Assembly (NCBI GenBank): GCA_963701185.1 | Contig: OY969569.1 | Span: 795,548-859,547, forward strand | Origin: Candidatus Gottesmanbacteria bacterium | Lineage (GTDB): Bacteria; Patescibacteriota; Microgenomatia; UBA10105; UBA927 | DNA: 64,000 nucleotides | Direction: 5' to 3' | Shown here: piece after piece, positions 18,986 through 28,956 of the stretch | How positions within the stretch are numbered: the stretch's first letter is position 1 | Layout: every line of letters starts with the position of its first letter | Position numbers and translations under genes: made by a program | Notes under the pieces: generated by a model | The model's database searches: none | Told to the model about the DNA's origin: nothing | The model's input: only the letters and a program-made list of their open reading frames with translations

Positions 18986-19030
18986 GGGGGTAGTATACCA
19001 AGATTTCCCTTGTGGTACAATAACCCCGAT

Positions 19031-19372
19031 ATGATGGTCATCACAAAACCAATTCCGTTTTCAAAAGTAAAAGCGCTTGCGAAAAACCGGTTCGGCAACC
19101 TCATAAAAGCCGTCATTGATATTCAGGGGGAGACTCTTGCCATAGACGCGGATCTCCATTCGGACGAGGAAGCGGAGTTGCTCTCCCAAGGCTGCAAACA
19201 GGAAAACCTGTGGGGTATTAATTTGTATCCAGAATTAACCGGCGACGATTTTATCGAATTTGATTCCATGATTAATGTGCGGCCGCAGTCGGGTAATATG
19301 ACCTGCGGCATCGCTGACCTCGCGATTCAGAAAAAAATCCGGACCATCGTACACCGTCTTATCATCGTATAA
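19031..19372 (+). CDS. small conserved hypothetical protein
   Basis: ORF 18779..19372 trimmed to Met85 ([10 protein letters not shown]), because its 5' part overlaps rpmH and rnpA on the opposite strand. No confident family assignment. Confidence 0.35.
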   Translation: MMVITKPIPFSKVKALAKNRFGNLIKAVIDIQGETLAIDADLHSDEEAELLSQGCKQENLWGINLYPELTGDDFIEFDSMINVRPQSGNMTCGIADLAIQKKIRTIVHRLIIV

Positions 19373-19374
19373 CC

Positions 19375-19701
19375 ATGCAACATAAAAATCTGACCATAAA
19401 ACGCTGGAGCAGGCTTTCCCTCATGGAACAACTCGCGAACATCGGAAGCGAGGTCATCCGCGCGACCAACTGGCAGGAAAAGGGGAAAACGGAATACGCC
19501 GCGCTGGCGTTTTATCGTGCGCTTGAACTTACCGACTGTACGCTTGCCCAACCGCTCGAATATACAAAACTCCGGGAGCTTACCCGCATGAGAGAAATAC
19601 TGGTCGATTATTTCTTCGGAAAGAACATCTATGGTTCAACCGCTTCCTCGTGGCAATCGTATTTCGGCGCCTTTACCTTCGCCGCTCGTCGTACCGCATA
19701 A
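19375..19701 (+). CDS. hypothetical protein
   Basis: 108-aa ORF immediately following the previous gene. No recognisable motif. Confidence 0.3.
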   Translation: MQHKNLTIKRWSRLSLMEQLANIGSEVIRATNWQEKGKTEYAALAFYRALELTDCTLAQPLEYTKLRELTRMREILVDYFFGKNIYGSTASSWQSYFGAFTFAARRTA

Positions 19702-19993
19702 GTTTTTTGTGAATCTCATGGAGTTCTTCCGGGTCAAACCGGAGATTATACAGCTTCGACGCCGCAAAGAGCTCCGCAAATAAATCCTCATCATTCAAAA
19801 AACGCCGCTTCGCGCGGATATTGGTGAGAAGAATTTCCTCGGCAAGAATGCCCAAAAATGTCCGGGTGACATACCCCCGCAGGTAGCCCAATACAGCATC
19901 CCCGAAAACGTTTCGTATAACGGATTCCGTTGGGTGGCGGTAGAAGTGATATTTTCGAAGAATTGCACGAATGTGACTTCGTTCCTGGTCCAT
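19673..19993 (-). CDS. hypothetical protein
   Basis: ORF 19673..20080 trimmed to the internal Met (MDQERSHIR) to avoid overlap with the upstream large gene. No recognisable motif. Confidence 0.3.
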   Translation of the reverse strand: MDQERSHIRAILRKYHFYRHPTESVIRNVFGDAVLGYLRGYVTRTFLGILAEEILLTNIRAKRRFLNDEDLFAELFAASKLYNLRFDPEELHEIHKKLMRYDERRR

Positions 19994-20051
19994 ATGGGTA
20001 TCCAGAAATACGAGTGTATCGAAATAGATCAACCAAGTCAAGTTGAACCGG

Positions 20052-22469
20052 CTACGGCGCAACCTCCTGCCAGGATACACCTAGTTCTTTCATAGTCTCC
20101 GGCATGGTGAAAATCAGTTGCGGATTGTAGATAAACAGCTCGGATGGCGTGGTGGTGCTGGCTGCGCCCCCGATGTCGCGGCCAAGCGTAAAATTACCGG
20201 CTACAAATGTCCCCGTTCCGACAAACTGCACGGAACCTGTACCGGTTATAAACGTCCCCGCGGGGGACGTTATATAGACTCCCTGAAGAGCGCCCACCGA
20301 CGGATCAACGGTGATATTACCTTTGACGATAAATGCAATAAACCCTCCCGGCGTTATGGTAATCGGCGTATTGATCGTCAAATTTCCGCTGACGAACACA
20401 ACGACTTTATCACCGCTTGGAATAGTCCACGCGGGAGCATTGATCGTAAGATCTCCGTCGTAATAATAGGGGGTAGCCGATCCGGCCAGACGACTGGATA
20501 GGGTTGTCGTTCCTGCTGTCGGGGCAGGCGAGCCGAACTGAGTGAACATCAGTTGGTAAAAATTGGTAGCGGGAGACGTGTCGTTGGCGAGCCAGTTTTT
20601 ACTGCTGACCCACGTGTTCCCCTGTCCCGCCCCGCTGTCAAAATCATAATTCCCGCCGTACGTGGCGACACCGGGATATCCGCCTGCTCCGTCCTTAATA
20701 AATACCTGCGCCGGGTGCGGTACCGGCACAAAGGATTGCAGCATGCCGCTGGCATAGACGTCGCCGCCCGCGGCCTGGCTCCATGCAATCCCCTGTACGT
20801 ATCCGATATCCCACGTTAAGGTATCTCCGGATGCCAAATCTGCCGACATGGTTTCACCGGAAGTTGGAGCAGTTGTCCTTTGCCAACAATATCTGACAGG
20901 TATATACCCACCGGCCGGAGGAGCGGGCTGAATGGTGTATGTTCCGATGGTTGCATTGTTAAATACGACATATGAACTTCCGCTTTGCGTCTGGGGTGCG
21001 GGTTGGGATGCGGAGGACGGGGTAAACTGGTGAATGGTCCCACCGATACCGTTGCCGCCCGCGATGATGTCGGCACAGGTGGCGGACGGAGCAACCTGTA
21101 CCGCCCGCGCCCGGATAGTACCCACTTGGGCACTATAATGCCACCAAAGATCGGCATACCCATCAGCAGATTGGCAATAAGAGGTATCGGACAAACTAAC
21201 AGAACTTGACATTACGGGTGGATTTCCATGACAACCAGTACTATTATAACAAAGTGTATAACCGACATCATAACCGGCCGGTACGGTAGCGGAAACGGTC
21301 CTTGTTTTATTTGCGGCGGGAAAAGAAAAAGAATAGGGGTTTGTTGTCGTTTGAGTAAACAGATCGCTCAGCGTTACCGTTTGAGAATCGAGCGGGGCTT
21401 GATTTGGCTGTTTAAAACCCTGGATCGTACACGTCGACGGACAAGGGACCGGCACTTTTTGCTGGGGACTACAATACACATTATTGTACGCATTGTTGTT
21501 CATAAAAACATCGCCAATCATATGTCCCTGATACCCTCCTAAGTCGGTTTGCGGAATAGTGGCCTGCCATGTCCCCCCGCCCATATTTGTGGCCGTGTAT
21601 GTTTTCATAATCGTAGCCCACCCCCGGTCATCATATCCGTTCACAGTTACCCCTGTGACATTTTGCACACCTAATGCGCTCACCACCCAGCTTCCTCCGT
21701 TGTTTACACATACCGGGGCAGAGGAGGTACCGGTACACGTCGGCGGGACGCAGGGAACCGGCACCTTTTGCTGGGGACCACAATTCACATTACTGAACGA
21801 ACCGTTGCTCATAAAAACATCGCCAATCATATGTCCCTGATACCCTCCTAAGTCGGTTTGCGGAATAGTGGCCTGCCATGTCCCCCCGCCCATATTTGTG
21901 GCCGTGTATGTTTTCATAATCGTAGCCCACCCCCGGTCATCATATCCGTTCACTGTTACCTGGCCGGCGTTTTGCACGCCTGACGCAGTGACCACCCAAC
22001 TTCCTCCGTTGTTTACACATACCGGGACAGAGGACGTGCCACCGCACGTCGGCGGGACGGAGGGTGTGGGGGTTGCCGCCGGTGGCGGTGTGGGGGTCGG
22101 ACCTGGCGGTGTGGGGGTCGGACCACTCCAATTACAATAAGCACCCGCCTCTTCTATGCAAACACAATTACCAACAGCACATGCATTCCCTGCAGAACAA
22201 TATGACTGGGACATATCAGAGCACTGATTGCATGTCCACCTGGTTCCGCTATCACAGTAATTGCAAGTGTTGCAATTCGGCACGACTGGGTTACAGGCAA
22301 TCCCAGAACCGCAATAATTCAGTTCGTGTGTTTGTCTTTCTTGGGAATGGCAATGATAAGGTTCGGAACCGCTTCCTGTGCAGGAAGCCTTAACATCCGT
22401 CTTAACAAAAATTAGACCTAAAGAAAAAAATAATATGGTTAGAAAGAGTCTTAATAAGTTTTTACACAT
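20052..22469 (-). CDS. large exported Cys-rich / Pro-Thr-linker protein with an internal tandem-duplicated ~103-aa domain (putative surface protein)
   Basis: Signal peptide MCKNLLRLFLTILFFSLGLIFVKTDVKA, then a Cys-rich module, then a PTPTPP linker. Two near-identical domains follow ('C.GTSS.PVCVNNGGSWVV...VNGYDDRGWATIMKTYTATNMGGGTWQATIPQTDLGGYQGHMIGDVFM'), then a long Gly/Thr-rich C-terminal region. Confidence 0.55.
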   Translation of the reverse strand: MCKNLLRLFLTILFFSLGLIFVKTDVKASCTGSGSEPYHCHSQERQTHELNYCGSGIACNPVVPNCNTCNYCDSGTRWTCNQCSDMSQSYCSAGNACAVGNCVCIEEAGAYCNWSGPTPTPPGPTPTPPPAATPTPSVPPTCGGTSSVPVCVNNGGSWVVTASGVQNAGQVTVNGYDDRGWATIMKTYTATNMGGGTWQATIPQTDLGGYQGHMIGDVFMSNGSFSNVNCGPQQKVPVPCVPPTCTGTSSAPVCVNNGGSWVVSALGVQNVTGVTVNGYDDRGWATIMKTYTATNMGGGTWQATIPQTDLGGYQGHMIGDVFMNNNAYNNVYCSPQQKVPVPCPSTCTIQGFKQPNQAPLDSQTVTLSDLFTQTTTNPYSFSFPAANKTRTVSATVPAGYDVGYTLCYNSTGCHGNPPVMSSSVSLSDTSYCQSADGYADLWWHYSAQVGTIRARAVQVAPSATCADIIAGGNGIGGTIHQFTPSSASQPAPQTQSGSSYVVFNNATIGTYTIQPAPPAGGYIPVRYCWQRTTAPTSGETMSADLASGDTLTWDIGYVQGIAWSQAAGGDVYASGMLQSFVPVPHPAQVFIKDGAGGYPGVATYGGNYDFDSGAGQGNTWVSSKNWLANDTSPATNFYQLMFTQFGSPAPTAGTTTLSSRLAGSATPYYYDGDLTINAPAWTIPSGDKVVVFVSGNLTINTPITITPGGFIAFIVKGNITVDPSVGALQGVYITSPAGTFITGTGSVQFVGTGTFVAGNFTLGRDIGGAASTTTPSELFIYNPQLIFTMPETMKELGVSWQEVAP
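21470..22100. repeat. tandem duplication (2 x ~309 nt) within the large exported protein gene
   Basis: 21502..21660 is essentially identical to 21811..21969, an offset of 309 nt. The plus-strand shadow ORFs 21559.. and 21868.. begin with identical 31 aa. Confidence 0.8.
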
Positions 22470-22471
22470 GC

Positions 22472-23062
22472 TTATATTTTATCTATTATGAAAAATCGAT
22501 CTTTTTTCACCCGCTCTGTCGCGAATCTATCTGCTTCACCATTATCAATTTGATCAGTCGATATGTTTTTATATTTACTAACAATATAAACACTCATCCA
22601 ATAAGCATAATCAAATAAACCTTCAATTTGCTCTTTGTTTTGTAAATAGGCAGGATCTTCTACGGAGATATCGATAATTACCTCTCCATCCGGTGTTACT
22701 TTCGCGCTGGCTTCTGTAATTTTGGCCTTGTTCTTAGGATCAGTTTCAAGAAGGAAACCGTCGGAGACTTGCGGCACAAGAGTAATTTTTAGTGCCTTGG
22801 CAGTAAACCTTTTTTCTATAATATTAAAATTGGCAACACCGTTATCTTTCCAGAATCCAATCGTGGTTAGCTCGTTATAAAGTTTATCCTGATCTTTGGC
22901 GGAAAGACGATACCCTTCAATTTTTGAGTCAATGACAATTTGCCGTTTGGGGGTAAAAAAAGAAAACGTATTGGTAAGAGAAAAATACTTGAATATTAAG
23001 TAAGAGGAGAACAATCCAAGTAATACAAGAGCTACTAATAAAATGATTTTTAATTTTTCCAT
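22472..23062 (-). CDS. hypothetical membrane-anchored protein in an AT-rich segment
   Basis: N-terminal TM (IILLVALVLLGLFSSYLIF). Local A+T is clearly higher than the flanks. Confidence 0.4.
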   Translation of the reverse strand: MEKLKIILLVALVLLGLFSSYLIFKYFSLTNTFSFFTPKRQIVIDSKIEGYRLSAKDQDKLYNELTTIGFWKDNGVANFNIIEKRFTAKALKITLVPQVSDGFLLETDPKNKAKITEASAKVTPDGEVIIDISVEDPAYLQNKEQIEGLFDYAYWMSVYIVSKYKNISTDQIDNGEADRFATERVKKDRFFIIDKI

Positions 23063-23162
23063 CCAAGCAGTTTATAAATGTATAATATATTTATAGTATA
23101 ATTTGAATTCGAAGTCAACGAAGTTGAGGCAACGAAGATTTTATACGTAGTTAATAGAAAAT

Positions 23163-24674
23163 TTACTCAAACGTAACATTAAACAAACCCTGATCCCCAT
23201 TCGTACAGAAATTATTATTAGCTCTACAATTAAAAGCTTCGTAAATAGGGTTAGGCATCCAACCTTGCCTTCTAATTCCTTTGGTTATTGTGACACCAGC
23301 CCTACCTAAACCATCGGCAATAATACGCATTACGGCATCTTTTCGGTCCCAGTCAGAACTAATATTTGATAAAAATGAAGATCTACTGATAACAATAAGC
23401 GTACCTTCATTATCAAAGTAGGCCATGAGAGGGGAGGTCTCGGTTGCCCCAAGATCATCCAAAATACTTAAACCGCAAATTCGTTCAGAATTTAGCAACC
23501 TTTCTCGGATGTTTGTGAATTCATCTCGGTTTACTACAAAAATTTTAGCTCTACCAAGCGAACCCACGATACTGTCATAAAACCTTTCATCCGTGGTATT
23601 TCTATAAGAACCTATGATTAGGGTTTCACCCTCTGCCATTTTTTGATAGTTGTAAGTATCATTTACAATCCACCCCCATGCTCTATCCATTGCTGCTGGA
23701 TCCACCTGTATGCTATCTATCCCTGCATAATCTAAAACTGAGTTGGCATACCGAACTTCCAGTTCCCCGCTTTCTGATATATTTTCTCCCCTTTGTGGAA
23801 ATTCGGCATTTGTATCTATAATACTTTGTAATTCTTGGCATACTTTTTCTGTTGGGGTGGCTGTTGGTGTTTCAGTTGGCATAGCAGTTTCGGTTTTGCT
23901 GGGTTCCGGAGTGGGGGCTGATGTTTCTGTGGTTGTTACCGCCGGTGCCGGTGGGGCGGGGAGTACCGTCGGCGTCACGGAAAACTCACCTCTGGCGGTA
24001 TTCACGGGTTTAAAAACAACATTAATGACATTCGTCGTTGTTTCCGGCGTCTGCGTGGGGGAAACCATCTTTTCCCGGCCGGTAGCCTCCCGGATGAAGG
24101 AAAAAGTCTCTCCGTCATACTCCATTTTAAACGGCGCTATCGACACCCTATGGTCCGTCCCCAGGGTGGCCGCGTCATAGATGCCTTCCGGCCCCGCGGC
24201 TGTCCCTTCCAGTACGAGCATTGTTGCTTCGGATGAATTCGCCTGCGTGTCATGCGTGATGAGAAATATTGCACTGCCGACGGGGGCGTACTCCTCTCCT
24301 CCGGGTTTTTTCACCTCTACGGGAACAACGCAAAACGCATACTGCTTGGTCGTATCAAGAGTGCCGTCTGCCTTTTGCAGATGAAATGTTTCGAGGGTTG
24401 CGCCGGTGGTATCGGACGGGTTGGTGGCACACAGCAAATTTCCCGTCAGGCGGGCTTCATACCCTGCACTATTGGAAAAAGGCTCCGCAGCCCACGGCAG
24501 CATTGCTTTGGCCGCGTCAACGGTAAGAAGCGAGGTTGCTGTTTCCGGTATCACCGTTGCTTCAACCTGACAGCCGGCAAGCACGCTTGCGGCAGTACCG
24601 AGCGCTATGACTGATTCTACAGGCTTAGCAAATGCTTTAGTTCGATCGGGCAACAATACTTCCCCCATATGCAC
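23163..24674 (-). CDS. hypothetical exported protein with a Pro/Thr-rich linker
   Basis: 503 aa. Linker 'PAPPAPAVTTTETSAPTPEPSKTETAMPTETPTATPTEK'. No known domain recognised. Confidence 0.4.
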   Translation of the reverse strand: MHMGEVLLPDRTKAFAKPVESVIALGTAASVLAGCQVEATVIPETATSLLTVDAAKAMLPWAAEPFSNSAGYEARLTGNLLCATNPSDTTGATLETFHLQKADGTLDTTKQYAFCVVPVEVKKPGGEEYAPVGSAIFLITHDTQANSSEATMLVLEGTAAGPEGIYDAATLGTDHRVSIAPFKMEYDGETFSFIREATGREKMVSPTQTPETTTNVINVVFKPVNTARGEFSVTPTVLPAPPAPAVTTTETSAPTPEPSKTETAMPTETPTATPTEKVCQELQSIIDTNAEFPQRGENISESGELEVRYANSVLDYAGIDSIQVDPAAMDRAWGWIVNDTYNYQKMAEGETLIIGSYRNTTDERFYDSIVGSLGRAKIFVVNRDEFTNIRERLLNSERICGLSILDDLGATETSPLMAYFDNEGTLIVISRSSFLSNISSDWDRKDAVMRIIADGLGRAGVTITKGIRRQGWMPNPIYEAFNCRANNNFCTNGDQGLFNVTFE

Positions 24675-24845
24675 CTCTTATAACTTATAGTATACCACTT
24701 CTGTCAAAAATTGCACTTTTCCTAAAAAAAACTCCGCTCGGCGCGGAGTTCTATCATGGATTTTCCATCCTCTATGTGAGAGAGATATTCTCGGATATGC
24801 TTTATCATAGGCACACTGTATACTAACACTAGTCAGTGTAGACTA

Positions 24846-27527
24846 TTGCCAAACTCACGTCAATCTATGGGGGAATCACTCGGCGCACCAAATAAAAACA
24901 GCGGAGAGGCGATGCTTCAGAGTTTTCCGCCCCACGTCAGGAGGGAGTGGTTTGATGCGCATCCGAGTATCTCCGGCGCAAAGCGGTTATTGCTTCCTGC
25001 TGATACTGTTTTAGCAATACGGCTGGAATCCAAGATCACCCCACAGGAGCTCATTGATGTGGTGGATCTCAGAAACAGGGAGGCGGCCATTGATCAAAAA
25101 CTCAAAACGGAAAAGCCGGAAACGTTTTTTTCTTCTGAATACCGGCGGCTCTACGCGATCGCGCGCGAACAAGGCCCGACAGAACATGTCTTACGTGAGG
25201 CGCTGGCGCTCAGTATTGCCGCCGCAAAACACGCATACGGAACGGCAGGAAAACCGTTTGATGTATGGGGCACCCAGCGCATCGCGATGCTACGGATCAC
25301 CAAAAATCTCCTGCAAGCCGCCAGTCCCGGACTTGTGGCGGATCTGCGGACCGGGATGGGAAAAAGCGCCGTGGTTGCCATGATTACCATACCGGTCGGC
25401 CTCATGGTGAAAGACCACTGGGATGTTGTCAGCCGGACACCTCTTTCGCGCATGGACAATGCCCGGCGGTTTTCGGCGCTCGGAGATCTCTTGGGCATCA
25501 AAAACGCAGAAGTGACGGAATCGTCGACATGCATCTGGAAAAACGGCAGACGCGGCACGTATATAAGCCTGGATCCTAAAAGAGACGTGCGGACTATCGC
25601 CATGAAAGACAATCAGGTGACCTTTGCAACGCGGCCCGACATTGCCTCGTATATTTTAACGCACTATGCAGGCGGGCAGTTTCGGACACTGCAGGACATC
25701 GTCCGGCCCGCACGACGGGGATGCATTGTCGATGAAATCGACGCCGCGTTTATCGATGAGGCGTCTCACCTGCTTATCATCTCCGGTCCCGCCGAAGAAA
25801 CGCCCGGGGCCGTCCGCGTCTATTGGGAACCGACTGCCTATCCCAAGGATACGACGGATTCTGATATTCCGTCTAAAAGAATTTCGCGCCGGCTCTATAC
25901 AAAGCATATGTCGCGGCTCCAACGCGCCATGGAAAACGACGTGCATCGGGCGCGGGCCGCACTTGGGGAAAACACGGCGGCGGCGGGGGATGAGAATACT
26001 GCTTTTTCTTTTGCATTACTGCAAAAGATATTCTCGTTTGAAGACGAGCTGCGCCGTCAGGATCGTTTTCAAATACACAGACCGTTTTTCACTCCCGACG
26101 GACGACTGACCGCGGACGGACAGTATGATCTGTTGCGGCGGTTTTACAGTTCTGTTGCCGGCATACCCTATAACAGTCAGGAGCTTATCCCGCAGGAATG
26201 GGACAAATTCCTTTCAATACTTTTCCCTGCCCACATCATCGAAACCATCGGGGCGGGTATGCGCCTGCGGCCGGAAAAAGATTATTTTATAAAAGATCGC
26301 AACATTGTCGTCCAATCGCCGTTAACAGGCTGGCCGCGGCCGCGGCAGGAATTTGACCCGCTCACCACATTTGCCCTCTACGCCAAAGAGTCGCTTCGCG
26401 CTCAGCTCGACGTTCCGACGACGCTTCATGAAACAGCGGATGCGTTTTCCTCTCCGGAACTGGATGCAATATTCTACACCAAAATGATCGGCCTGACCGG
26501 AACAGGACTGCAGGCCGCAGACTGGTTCCGCAGGGTTCGCGGCATGGATATCACAGCCTGTCCTCCTGAATTTGCCGAAACAATAGACGATACCGATCCC
26601 TACATCGTGGTTCGGAATGGAGAGACAAAAAAACAACACCTGGAAGACTATCTCAAAGCCCTTCCGGACCCGTCTGTTCCCGTTCTTATTGACGTATCAT
26701 CCAGACAGGAACAACAGACGGCCGTCGACCTTTTACAGACGCTCTACCCGGATGACCGGATTCAGGTCATTTCTGCGGTCAATGCGCAGGACGCTCAGGA
26801 AAAATTTGACAAAGCCGGGCAGCCGGGCATGAAAACGGTCGTGCTTCTTATGGCCGGAAGAGAGGTGGATATTCTCGTGGATGATGCGCTGGAACACATC
26901 GGCGGACTGCGGGTAGTGTCAATGAGTCCGCGGACGTTGGCGCGCAGTGAACAACAACTGAAAGGCCGCACCGGAAGAGCGGGGAAGTCCGGCGCATACC
27001 GCTGTCTTGTATCGGCGGACGATGAGGTCTTTGCGCTGCTGACGCCGGACCAGCAGAAAAAAGCCGCACAATACATCCGGGGCGGCAATACGGAAAAAAT
27101 AAAACAGGTTATCGCGCGGGGACAGCAAAAACATGAAGAACGGCTCCGGGAACAAAACGCCGCATTTGAACGGATCTACGGGCCGCTTGTACTCATCCGC
27201 CGCCGCATGCTGCGGCTTTCGCCTGCACAATTTGATGCCGTCACTATTTTTTGGCAGGATTTCCTGACACTGAATCAAACATGGGGGGCAAGCCTCGGAT
27301 TTCTCACGCCGCCGACAGGATTAAAAGAGCATCAGGTAAACACGCTGTGGAAACATCATGTCGTGGGGATGTTTGAAACGGCATTGGCGCGGACAACCGA
27401 GCTCATGGAACAGTCAAAAACAACGACTGCAATGACCCGCGGCCGCATGCGGGACATTATAGGGGACGAGATGGGCGCCGCTATGAATAATTTTGGTTTT
27501 TCCGTCGGGCCGATTTCCGGCACTTGA
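24846..27527 (+). CDS. SecA-like DEAD-box ATPase, highly divergent (preprotein-translocase SecA paralogue/orthologue)
   Basis: SecA blocks are recognisable but diverged. 'PFDVWGTQRIAMLRI' matches SecA 'RHFDVQLIGGMVLH'. Walker A 'LRTGMGKSAVVAMITIPVGL' matches '[20 protein letters not shown]'. 'CIVDEIDAAFIDEASHLLIISGP' matches '[20 protein letters not shown]'. 'MIGLTGTG' matches 'LAGMTGTA'. 'GRTGRAGKSGAYRCLVSADDEVF' matches '[20 protein letters not shown]'. No C-terminal zinc finger. Confidence 0.55.
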   Translation: MPNSRQSMGESLGAPNKNSGEAMLQSFPPHVRREWFDAHPSISGAKRLLLPADTVLAIRLESKITPQELIDVVDLRNREAAIDQKLKTEKPETFFSSEYRRLYAIAREQGPTEHVLREALALSIAAAKHAYGTAGKPFDVWGTQRIAMLRITKNLLQAASPGLVADLRTGMGKSAVVAMITIPVGLMVKDHWDVVSRTPLSRMDNARRFSALGDLLGIKNAEVTESSTCIWKNGRRGTYISLDPKRDVRTIAMKDNQVTFATRPDIASYILTHYAGGQFRTLQDIVRPARRGCIVDEIDAAFIDEASHLLIISGPAEETPGAVRVYWEPTAYPKDTTDSDIPSKRISRRLYTKHMSRLQRAMENDVHRARAALGENTAAAGDENTAFSFALLQKIFSFEDELRRQDRFQIHRPFFTPDGRLTADGQYDLLRRFYSSVAGIPYNSQELIPQEWDKFLSILFPAHIIETIGAGMRLRPEKDYFIKDRNIVVQSPLTGWPRPRQEFDPLTTFALYAKESLRAQLDVPTTLHETADAFSSPELDAIFYTKMIGLTGTGLQAADWFRRVRGMDITACPPEFAETIDDTDPYIVVRNGETKKQHLEDYLKALPDPSVPVLIDVSSRQEQQTAVDLLQTLYPDDRIQVISAVNAQDAQEKFDKAGQPGMKTVVLLMAGREVDILVDDALEHIGGLRVVSMSPRTLARSEQQLKGRTGRAGKSGAYRCLVSADDEVFALLTPDQQKKAAQYIRGGNTEKIKQVIARGQQKHEERLREQNAAFERIYGPLVLIRRRMLRLSPAQFDAVTIFWQDFLTLNQTWGASLGFLTPPTGLKEHQVNTLWKHHVVGMFETALARTTELMEQSKTTTAMTRGRMRDIIGDEMGAAMNNFGFSVGPISGT

Positions 27528-27550
27528 CGAACAAAACAAATGTGTTTACT

Positions 27551-27570
27551 ATGTGGACAAGTTATCCACA
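27551..27570. promoter_or_regulatory. DnaA boxes immediately upstream of dnaA
   Basis: 'TGTGGACAA' (one mismatch to TGTGGATAA) and a perfect 'TTATCCACA' at 27562-27570, two nucleotides before the dnaA ATG. Confidence 0.6.
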
Positions 27571-27571
27571 T

Positions 27572-28948
27572 ATGGACATACAAAAACTCTGGAAGTCGGT
27601 ATTGTCGGAACTTGAACTGTCGGTTTCAAAAGCGACATTTCAAACGCATTTCGCCCATTCCGAACTCGTCTCGTTTGAAGGGGGAGTCGCCACCATTGGC
27701 TTTACCAGCCCTCTTATGCGGACGCTCGTTGAAACCCGATATTATTCCCTTGTCAAAAGCGTGTTGGACCACCAGGCAAAACAAAACACAAGCCTCGTTT
27801 TCGTTGTCGTTGCCAAAAAGGAAACGCTTGACCCCGCCAGCGCGGGACCGCTCTTCGCCCAAACGCTGGACCGGGAGGTCATAAGCATTTCCTCCGTCGC
27901 GCGCCGTCTTCATATCCGCCCCGGGGCCACATTCGAAAGCTTTGCCGTATCGACAACCAACCAGATGGCGTATGCGGCGGCAACCGCCGTTGCCAAAAAC
28001 CCGGGCACGGCGTACAACCCCCTGTTTTTTTACGGCGGCACCGGAGTAGGGAAGACCCATCTTATGCACGCCATTGCAAACCAGCTTCTTGCCGTCCGGC
28101 CGGAAATGCGTATTGTCTATTGCATGGGAGAGGAATTTCTCAATGAAATCGTGGAGGCAATCCAGACCAAATCAGCGCGGCAGTTTAAACAAAAGTACAG
28201 GAGCGCCCAGCTCCTTTTGGTGGATGACGTCCAGTTTATCGCGGGCAAACAGACGGCGCAGGAAGAATTTTTCCATACGTTTAACACGGTGCACCGCGAG
28301 GGGGGACAGATTGTCCTCACGAGCGACCGGCCGCCGTCTGAAATTTCGCGGCTTGAGGACCGCCTGCGCAGCCGTTTCGAGGGAGGGCTCACGGTTGACG
28401 TGGCGGCGCCGGATTTTGAACTGCGCGTCGCCATTGCAAATATTAAGGCTGACGCCATGGGGCTTGCCGTTCCTCCGGACGCGGCACAACTCGTCGCGGC
28501 AAACATCACCGACACGCGCGCCATTGAGGGGTTCTTGCGGCGGCTCACCACGGAAGCGGCAACCCGGAAGTCTACGGTTACCGCGGAGCTTGTCGCGTCG
28601 CTGTTAAACATTAAAAACCATGGGGATGGCGTCACTGCCCCGTCTGCGTCCGCAAAGCGCGTCAGTCCGCAGGAGGTGTTGGACTGCGTCGCGGCGTATT
28701 ACGGCCTGAAAACTACGGCGCTCAAAGGCACCAAGCGCGACCGGCCGATAGCCAGACCACGCCAGGTCTTTATGTACTTGTGCCGCACGGAGCTCGGGTT
28801 AACCCATGAAGACATCGGTGGCTCATTGGGGGGGCGCGACCACACGACGGTTATGCACGGCGTGGAAACGATTACCCGCGAATTGTCCACAAACACGCGC
28901 CTTCGGGAGGCGGTGGAGGGGATAAAACAAAAACTATGGGCCTACTAA
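27572..28948 (+). CDS. dnaA: chromosomal replication initiator protein DnaA
   Basis: AAA+ Walker A 'GGTGVGKTHLMHAIANQ', Walker B 'LLLVDDVQFIAGK', sensor 'IVLTSDRPP', and a C-terminal DnaA-box-binding HTH 'RQVFMYLCRTELGLTHEDIGGSLGGRDHTTVMHG'. Start placed at MDIQKLW because the upstream ATG region contains the DnaA boxes. Confidence 0.9.
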   Translation: MDIQKLWKSVLSELELSVSKATFQTHFAHSELVSFEGGVATIGFTSPLMRTLVETRYYSLVKSVLDHQAKQNTSLVFVVVAKKETLDPASAGPLFAQTLDREVISISSVARRLHIRPGATFESFAVSTTNQMAYAAATAVAKNPGTAYNPLFFYGGTGVGKTHLMHAIANQLLAVRPEMRIVYCMGEEFLNEIVEAIQTKSARQFKQKYRSAQLLLVDDVQFIAGKQTAQEEFFHTFNTVHREGGQIVLTSDRPPSEISRLEDRLRSRFEGGLTVDVAAPDFELRVAIANIKADAMGLAVPPDAAQLVAANITDTRAIEGFLRRLTTEAATRKSTVTAELVASLLNIKNHGDGVTAPSASAKRVSPQEVLDCVAAYYGLKTTALKGTKRDRPIARPRQVFMYLCRTELGLTHEDIGGSLGGRDHTTVMHGVETITRELSTNTRLREAVEGIKQKLWAY

Positions 28949-28956
28949 TAAGAAAG

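Noticed and set aside
18779-19030. 5' portion of plus-strand ORF 18779..19372
   Set aside because: It overlaps rnpA and the hand-identified rpmH (L34) gene on the opposite strand. The gene was trimmed to the internal Met at 19031.
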